Source: Candidatus Hydrogenedens sp. (GTDB lineage: Bacteria > Hydrogenedentota > Hydrogenedentia > Hydrogenedentales > Hydrogenedentaceae). Taken from it: a stretch of DNA of 39,105 bases. A program made the position numbers and the translations under genes. The notes below the pieces were generated by a model. It searched no databases and had not been told where the DNA came from. It saw only the letters and a program-made list of their open reading frames with translations. The DNA lies in contig JBMFRC010000028.1 of NCBI GenBank assembly GCA_049968235.1, forward strand, positions 1 through 39,105, in the 5' to 3' direction. Each line of letters starts with the position of its first letter. The first letter of the stretch is position 1. Positions 33,318-39,105 of the stretch are shown here, one piece after another.

Positions 33318-34013
33318 ATGTTGCAAATATCGAAATATTTATATTTTGATTCAGCACACAGGAATGAATATAAGGGAGGAAAATATTCTCAACTACATGG
33401 ACATACCTTTTTTGCTGAAATAGTTGCAAAAGGCTCTTTACATCCTGATTATGGATGGATAGTCGATTTTAGCGAAATAAAGAAAAATATTGTTCCGATT
33501 ATTGATATATTAGACCATTCTTATTTAAATGAAATTGCTGGATTGGAGAAAGATGCAACTATCCCTGCAATAGAAAATTGGTTTCGGGAACAACTCAAAG
33601 AAAAACCATGGTGGTTTAAGGACATTCGTATCGGAATTATAGGTGATCTTGATTTTAAGCCATGTAGACTACCACCCGACAGAGACCTACCTGAATTGTG
33701 GAGTTTTTCTTTTGAGTCCGCTCAATCATTACCTCAGTTGCCTAGCTCTCATCCCTGTCATAATTTACATGGTCACAGTTATTTCGTAAAGGTAGGTTCA
33801 AAAGATATGGATAATCTCCCAAGTATATTGAAGAAAATATACGAGTTATTAGACCATCGTTGGTTGAATGAAATTCCAGGGTTAGAAAAAGCAACAAGTG
33901 AAATTTTAACCTATTGGATTATAGAAAAACTATACGAATATAAATATCCTCCCACTGTTGTTATTGTTCAGGAAACCCCCTCTTCTTATTGTATATGGAG
34001 AAATGACATATAA
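33318..34013 (+). CDS. queD: Two-domain 6-pyruvoyl-tetrahydropterin synthase-fold protein (QueD-like, tandem T-fold)
   Basis: Half 1: 'FDSAHRNEYKGGKYSQLHGHTF...GWIVDFSEIKK...LDHSYLNEIAGLE' (HGH present, catalytic Cys absent). Half 2: 'SHPCHNLHGHSYFV...LDHRWLNEIPGLE' (C-x3-HGH present). Typical QueD is ~120 aa, this is 231 aa. RBS gaggt 33306-33310. Confidence 0.7.
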   Translation: MLQISKYLYFDSAHRNEYKGGKYSQLHGHTFFAEIVAKGSLHPDYGWIVDFSEIKKNIVPIIDILDHSYLNEIAGLEKDATIPAIENWFREQLKEKPWWFKDIRIGIIGDLDFKPCRLPPDRDLPELWSFSFESAQSLPQLPSSHPCHNLHGHSYFVKVGSKDMDNLPSILKKIYELLDHRWLNEIPGLEKATSEILTYWIIEKLYEYKYPPTVVIVQETPSSYCIWRNDI

Positions 34014-34016
34014 AAA

Positions 34017-35684
34017 TTAATAGGGGCTTTGTGAACTGTTCTCTACCCCTGTTGAATAAGTGTCTTCAAATACTAAAATGGGTTGATTTCGAGAATTACG
34101 AGATTCATTAGCGGTAGTAACACGAATAGCAGCTTTATCTTGAAATACACAAGACCATTCACAAAAACCACAACCAATACATAAATCAGGGTCAACTTCT
34201 GGCTGCTTTATTTTTACAACTCTACCATCTCTGAGGGTAACATCTCTCTCTACAAGATAAATGGCTTTAGGTGATAGAGGGCAATGTTCTTCACATACAA
34301 GACATTCTCGTCCGTAAGAGTAAGGAATACACCTTCCTTTGTCGAAAGTAGCCAATCCAATTTTTGTCTTTTGTTTTTCTAATAACGGAATATGCTGAAT
34401 AGCCTGCGTGGGACATACCTGTCCACACATATTACAACCGTAAAGACAATAGCCTATTTTAGGCACAAGTTTAGGTGTCCAGAGTGCTTCCCATCCCCCT
34501 TCTATACCTGCGGGTTGTATCGCATTGGTTGGACATACCCGCATACACGCTCCACACTGAATACAACGTTGTAGAAACTCACGCTCACTTCTCGAACCCG
34601 GAGGACGAATAAGTGTTTCGGGGAAGGGCTGTCCTTGCTTTGATTGTGGAGCGACACGAAAACCAAGCAATCCAACAGTGCCGGTTGCCATTGCTGTTAA
34701 AATAGTTCTCCGTGGATAATCCAGTTTTCCCGTCGCAACAGACTTTTTGCCAGGCACACTAAACTGAAATGTAATTGAGTCCGAACGACATGATGCCACA
34801 CAATTCCAGCAGACAAAACATTCCGTTGGCAACCAATTTCCACGTTGGTCAGGTTGAGCTCCTGCTGGACATGACTTACTACATTGCCGACAGTTTGTAC
34901 ATGTGCTTTCATCGTTTTTTAGATGTAATAAAGGTTTTTGGGAAATCAGTCCCAACAGTCCTCCTAATGGGCATATATAACGACACCAAAAACGGGGTCG
35001 AATAAAATTCAGTCCAATTACCAAAAACAACGTTAAACTAATAATTGTTCCTTCTGTATAGAAGTTTTTTTGAGACATTCTAAAAACATGGGTTCGTAAC
35101 TTCTGATAGATAGGTTCTGAAATTTTTGTGATGTGAAATCCCAGTATTTTAGGGTCTTCTTTATATAATGCAGTGCTTGTTTCTTCTACTGCTATATGAA
35201 ATGCGGGGAATACACCTGTTGATAAAGCACGATAGAAAAAAGAAAAAGGGTCGAAAATACCAAACCAATGTCCTCCAAAAAGACTCATTCCTAACATGGC
35301 AAATAGGATAAAGTACTTAACCCGATGAGCAGGAGTCCGATTTTGATATTCCTTTCTTTTTTTCCCTAATTGTGCTAACCAACTAAAGAAGGTATGGAGG
35401 GTACCAAAAGGACAAAACCATCCACAGAAGACCCTACCTAACAGAAGGGTAATTATCATAGTGAAAACACATAGCAGGGATAATCCCGCTATTGTCCATG
35501 TGGATAAAAGTGTAAGTAGAAAAATAAGGGGGTCAAGATGAAAAAAAATTTTGTAATTCCCTGTCGGATTTCCCTCATCTAAAAAGTGTAAATCCCATGC
35601 CAGAATAATAAATAAGACAAAAAATAGTAATTGACAAAAACGCCTTATCCACTGTGTCCATGAACGGGGTTTTTTAAATTTCAT
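34017..35684 (-). CDS. Membrane-bound polyferredoxin of the NapH/MauN/CcoG/NosR-like family (N-terminal TM domain + six 4Fe-4S ferredoxin-type motifs)
   Basis: 'GRVFCGWFCPFG' and second 'FWCRYICPLGG' motifs in TM region; C-x2-C-x2-C-x3-CP clusters: CTNCRQCSKSCP, CFVCWNCVASC, CIQCGACMRVCP, CNMCGQVCP, CLVCEEHCP, CIGCGFCEWSC. Confidence 0.7.
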   Translation of the reverse strand: MKFKKPRSWTQWIRRFCQLLFFVLFIILAWDLHFLDEGNPTGNYKIFFHLDPLIFLLTLLSTWTIAGLSLLCVFTMIITLLLGRVFCGWFCPFGTLHTFFSWLAQLGKKRKEYQNRTPAHRVKYFILFAMLGMSLFGGHWFGIFDPFSFFYRALSTGVFPAFHIAVEETSTALYKEDPKILGFHITKISEPIYQKLRTHVFRMSQKNFYTEGTIISLTLFLVIGLNFIRPRFWCRYICPLGGLLGLISQKPLLHLKNDESTCTNCRQCSKSCPAGAQPDQRGNWLPTECFVCWNCVASCRSDSITFQFSVPGKKSVATGKLDYPRRTILTAMATGTVGLLGFRVAPQSKQGQPFPETLIRPPGSRSEREFLQRCIQCGACMRVCPTNAIQPAGIEGGWEALWTPKLVPKIGYCLYGCNMCGQVCPTQAIQHIPLLEKQKTKIGLATFDKGRCIPYSYGRECLVCEEHCPLSPKAIYLVERDVTLRDGRVVKIKQPEVDPDLCIGCGFCEWSCVFQDKAAIRVTTANESRNSRNQPILVFEDTYSTGVENSSQSPY

Positions 35685-35688
35685 GATT

Positions 35689-36624
35689 TTATACTACGAT
35701 TTCCTGATACTTTAGTTTATTTTTATAATCAATTTGACCTAAACCCGCCTCAAAAGCCTTTTTAACAGTTCCTATTTGATTTGGGTCATAATTTAATATC
35801 TCACATCCCAGAGCGTCCAATGCTACTATATCTGTAGATATAGCAACAGTGTTTACTCGTTTTACATCTTTTAAGTCCCCACCTTGAGGACCGTTTGCTG
35901 TAAGAACACGGATGGCATCAAGGATAGAAACCTTAGGTTTCATGTATGCGGTTATATCTTTAATACAGGTCGGCAGGTCCTGGTGAAACATTCTACGATT
36001 TTCTATGACACCCATATAATTTTTCATTGCAAGGGTTACAGTTGTTGAAGCGTGATGTTTGGCAACAGGAACACTAATGACAATATCTGATTCAATTATT
36101 TCAGGATATAGAGGTATCTTTTTTACTCGTTCCCCGCCTATTTCCATTTCCTTAAAACGACTACGGTCTACATATACCAGTTCAGCACCTGTTTCTTTTA
36201 CTACCGCAGAAATTCCACTGGTTACATAAGATTTTGTCGCATCGTTTACAGTGTTATCACCTACTTTAACCTTTTTTGCACCAGCGTTGAAACAGAGTTC
36301 AATTAATGTTCTTAGCAAATCCGGATTCGTATTGGCAGATTGTTCTGGTGTCCTATCCCATGCCATATTCGGTTTAATCCAAACAACATCTCCTTGCTTA
36401 ATGAAGCGTCCCATACCACCAATTGCGTCAACAGCTTTTTTTAGAAGTTTTTCTGCTATCTCTCGTGTGGGTTCTTCGGGGATAGGGTCTCCTTTCCATT
36501 TACAGACGACCATATCTAACGGTGAATTTGTATTTTGTGCATTGCCCATAATGGGCTGAAGGGCTAATGCCCCTGCACAACAACCTGTTTCAATCAGAAA
36601 TTGTCTGCGTGTCTTTTTTTTCAT
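35689..36624 (-). CDS. Tat-signal DUF362-domain protein
   Basis: 'MKKKTRRQFLIETGCCAGALA' twin-arginine signal; overall similarity to the DUF362 family (typically found next to or fused with ferredoxins). Adjacent and co-directional with the polyferredoxin gene. Confidence 0.5.
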   Translation of the reverse strand: MKKKTRRQFLIETGCCAGALALQPIMGNAQNTNSPLDMVVCKWKGDPIPEEPTREIAEKLLKKAVDAIGGMGRFIKQGDVVWIKPNMAWDRTPEQSANTNPDLLRTLIELCFNAGAKKVKVGDNTVNDATKSYVTSGISAVVKETGAELVYVDRSRFKEMEIGGERVKKIPLYPEIIESDIVISVPVAKHHASTTVTLAMKNYMGVIENRRMFHQDLPTCIKDITAYMKPKVSILDAIRVLTANGPQGGDLKDVKRVNTVAISTDIVALDALGCEILNYDPNQIGTVKKAFEAGLGQIDYKNKLKYQEIVV

Positions 36625-36754
36625 AATTTGTTCTCCTAATCTTATGTTTTAACAGGCTATTTGATGTATTACATTATACTATATTTTAACGATTATTTAT
36701 TCCTATTGTTTAGACATATCTAAATAGAAAGGTAGTTTCAATTTTCAATTATTG

Positions 36755-37702
36755 CTATGCATTTAATCTTTCTAAAAACCATTTCCCTAAATACACAAAA
36801 TCCTCGGACATTCCTTTCCATATATGAGGTGCATTTTCTTTAACAATCAACTTACAATCCCATTGTATTGCCCTAATTTTTTCATAAAAGTTTTTCGATT
36901 GCAAGAAAGGAACAATCATATCTTTGGTTCCATGAAGTAATAATACCGAAAGAGGATTCTCAACTTTTTCTATGGGAAAATATATTGGGGATAAATCTCT
37001 TAAATTTGTTTTCAATTCTTCCTCATTTAAATTTAATTCCTCTTCAAGAAAAGTTTTTCTCCTTGCAAGTCGTTTAAGAATCTCTTTTATATCAAAAGAA
37101 AGAGACGGTAATGAATAGAATGACAATAAATCCGTTGGAGAACAAAATAGGGCAGTTATAGGGATATATTTGTAATAAGGTTTTCTCTCTGCTGGAGAAC
37201 TACTGATAAATTTAGGTTCGTGAAGGAGGGCATTCATAGCCAGATGTCCCCCTGCGGATATTCCCATGATTCCCAACTTTTTTTTATTAATACCGAATTG
37301 CTCCATATGTAATAGTATATATTGAATCCCTGCCTGGACATTCCGAACCATTTGCATACCATTAAAAACCTGTATAGAACCTGGTGATAAAGCAAAGACA
37401 CTATACCCCTGGTTACATAAAACATCATAAACACCCAATCCAATATGCTGGATAAGTTGATGTCGGTCAGAGAACCAACCATTGGAAACAACATCAATAA
37501 TTCCATAGCCGTTAGCCTTATCTAAAGGCTGAAATACATCCATAGTCAATCCGACCCCATAGGCTTCTGCATATACAACATGAGATTGATGTTTATACAA
37601 TCCAGAGGTTTTGGGTCTTATAGTTAACCTACTTGCTGGATTGTATAATTCCTGAACAGGTCTTAATTTAATAGATGACTTTTCTCCCGGACGTCTTTCC
37701 AT
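36755..37702 (-). CDS. Alpha/beta-hydrolase-fold esterase/peptidase (S9/acetyl-esterase-like)
   Basis: Nucleophile elbow 'GISAGGHLA' (G-x-S-x-G), downstream 'HGTKDMIVP' (Asp) and 'APHIW' (His) complete the triad order of an alpha/beta hydrolase. Confidence 0.65.
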   Translation of the reverse strand: MERRPGEKSSIKLRPVQELYNPASRLTIRPKTSGLYKHQSHVVYAEAYGVGLTMDVFQPLDKANGYGIIDVVSNGWFSDRHQLIQHIGLGVYDVLCNQGYSVFALSPGSIQVFNGMQMVRNVQAGIQYILLHMEQFGINKKKLGIMGISAGGHLAMNALLHEPKFISSSPAERKPYYKYIPITALFCSPTDLLSFYSLPSLSFDIKEILKRLARRKTFLEEELNLNEEELKTNLRDLSPIYFPIEKVENPLSVLLLHGTKDMIVPFLQSKNFYEKIRAIQWDCKLIVKENAPHIWKGMSEDFVYLGKWFLERLNA

Positions 37703-37805
37703 ATTCTATCATTCTTTATTAATGATGGGTTGACTATTTGTTCACAATGAGAATAGTTTATTAAAATAGTTTCACTTTTTATAATTTAATTAGAAGATAA
37801 TAATA

Positions 37806-39105
37806 ATGTTTACAACTATCTCATTTTCAATTTGTATTATTACTCTTTTTTACACTCAGATACAGGTCGCTCCGGGGAGTTCTCTGACTACCCCTTTAAT
37901 TGCTGAAATTACAGCAGACCACCCTTTATTTCTATTTACTTGTAATGTCCAATCTACAGATGAAGAAAAAGTTAAAAATCAATGGGATTCTCTGGATAAT
38001 AACTTAAAACCCTTCTCCGCTTTATGGATAGATTTAGGGGCTAATACAATAATAGACCCCGGCAAAACGGAAGACTTATTGACCACTATTTTTCAGGATT
38101 TTAAGTGTCCTTTTGTCTTGAAAATTCCACAAATTATGAATAAAGAAACCTGCCCGGAATATCAAGAACTGGAGTCCCTATTTACTCGTTTCCCAAATAT
38201 GCTTGGAGTATCTATTCATGATTTCACATTAAATATGTATCCATCACAAAAATATGGAATTACTCCAGATTATGCCCACGTCTTATGGGTCTCAAAACTT
38301 ATACAGGTACTCGCTTCCTATGGTAGATTCTTATATTGGTGCATGGATTCAATAGAATGGGCTTATTTCTTCACAAATCCCGTTGGAGAGCCTTTATTTA
38401 ACATAGTAAAAAAATATGCTGACTATGTCATTCCATCTTATCGTTACAATGGTGATTTTTCTGTAATTGGACTGGGTGAAATGTTGGGTCTTTATACTTC
38501 AAATGTAGTAAATCATTTTGGGATTGTTTGTAATTCTTCATGGTATCACGAAAGTTTTATTATCGAACCCTGCTTATTGGGAAAATCACCAGAAGGGGCT
38601 ATTAGTATTCATAGCCCTATTTATAGAGCCATGATATTAAATGGAGTGCTTGCGGGGTCTGTCGTTTATGCAATTGAAGATGAAAATGCTTTATGGGGAA
38701 GGAAGGAACAGATACATTGGGACAGGGCAATACAGCCCACATTACGCGAACTCATTACATTAAACTCTATACCCCCAAAAAATTTAGTTTTACAACGGGT
38801 AAATACAGGTTTGCAATTGTTTCCTTCTACCAATCCGTTTGATTTTCAACAGAACTTAAAAGAGATAGATCCTCAAAGAAATGAAGGGAAAATGATTCAG
38901 ATTATATATGGTGATGCTTCCCACGGTAAGTTGCCTGTTATTGTCCCTGACAATGGAAGTTCTTATATTATCCCTATACTCCCTTCTTTTCTCACAAAAG
39001 AAGAAACAAGTTTCCTCCCTAATATTGTTGGATATAGGCCTTCTCATCCAGAATGGACATGGACTCAGGTATTATCCAATACTTCTCAACCTGTGGGCGA
39101 AGGAA
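37806..39105 (+). CDS. Secreted hypothetical protein, 3'-truncated by the window end (not in the supplied ORF track)
   Basis: ATG 37806 then 433 codons with no stop through nt 39104 (translated manually: MFTTISFSICIITLFYTQIQVAPGSSLTTPLIAEITADHPLFLFTCNVQ...). N-terminal hydrophobic signal-like segment; no family recognised. Confidence 0.55.
   Translation, partial: MFTTISFSICIITLFYTQIQVAPGSSLTTPLIAEITADHPLFLFTCNVQSTDEEKVKNQWDSLDNNLKPFSALWIDLGANTIIDPGKTEDLLTTIFQDFKCPFVLKIPQIMNKETCPEYQELESLFTRFPNMLGVSIHDFTLNMYPSQKYGITPDYAHVLWVSKLIQVLASYGRFLYWCMDSIEWAYFFTNPVGEPLFNIVKKYADYVIPSYRYNGDFSVIGLGEMLGLYTSNVVNHFGIVCNSSWYHESFIIEPCLLGKSPEGAISIHSPIYRAMILNGVLAGSVVYAIEDENALWGRKEQIHWDRAIQPTLRELITLNSIPPKNLVLQRVNTGLQLFPSTNPFDFQQNLKEIDPQRNEGKMIQIIYGDASHGKLPVIVPDNGSSYIIPILPSFLTKEETSFLPNIVGYRPSHPEWTWTQVLSNTSQPVGEG

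Noticed and set aside
36700-36720. Short palindrome ttagaCATAtctaa between the DUF362 and hydrolase genes
   Set aside because: It has only 5-bp AT-rich arms, which are expected by chance in a 37% GC intergenic region. There is no associated regulator gene to give it context.
1-39105. CRISPR arrays, tRNA/rRNA genes, IS elements, integrases, prophage or toxin-antitoxin modules
   Set aside because: I found none of the expected signals: no spaced identical direct repeats of 25-40 bp, no cloverleaf-compatible conserved tRNA motifs in intergenic regions, no transposase, integrase or recombinase-like ORFs. The only tandem repeat (52-213) is in-frame coding sequence.

Overview
This is an AT-rich (about 37% GC) bacterial chromosomal window. 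Its gene content looks like a PVC-superphylum (Planctomycetota-like) organism: a DUF1559 prepilin-type protein, a reduced dcw cluster that ends at ftsW, and twin-arginine-exported sugar oxidoreductases.

Layout, in order along the window:
- **1-3850:** two secreted or surface proteins joined by Glu/Gly/Pro low-complexity linkers (one with Cys-containing PASTA repeats, one an HExxH metalloprotease candidate) and a GT4 glycosyltransferase.
- **4027-8579:** two tandem genes whose N-termini are paralogous MshE-N/GspE-N (c-di-GMP-binding type) domains. The first is fused via a long coiled coil to a DnaA domain-III AAA+ module with no DNA-binding domain. The second is a canonical but orphan PilB/GspE/MshE secretion ATPase. 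I consider this the most unusual thing in the window.
- **8612-10838:** a lipoprotein, scpA and a yraN-family gene.
- **10842-20005:** a glycan-catabolism neighbourhood (BNR sialidase, GH38 alpha-mannosidase, a Tat-exported Gfo/Idh/MocA oxidoreductase plus Tat-exported xylose-isomerase-fold enzyme, a nitroreductase, an FAH-family hydrolase) and a GntR regulator divergent from a DUF1559 prepilin-type gene.
- **20109-32259:** a sigma70 promoter driving a dcw cluster, mraZ - STAS anti-sigma antagonist - rsmH - long FtsL-like - ftsI(+PASTA) - murE - murF - mraY (with a ~130-aa insertion) - murD - ftsW. There is no murG/murC/murB/ddl/ftsQAZ after it.
- **32277-34013:** queA and a two-domain QueD-like gene.
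- **34017-37702 (minus strand):** a NapH/MauN-type membrane polyferredoxin, a Tat-signal DUF362 protein and an alpha/beta hydrolase.
- **37806-39105:** an unlisted 3'-truncated secreted-protein ORF running off the window end.

Three strong rho-independent terminators, one intra-operon hairpin and three sigma70-like promoters are annotated. No rRNA, tRNA, CRISPR or mobile elements were recognised.
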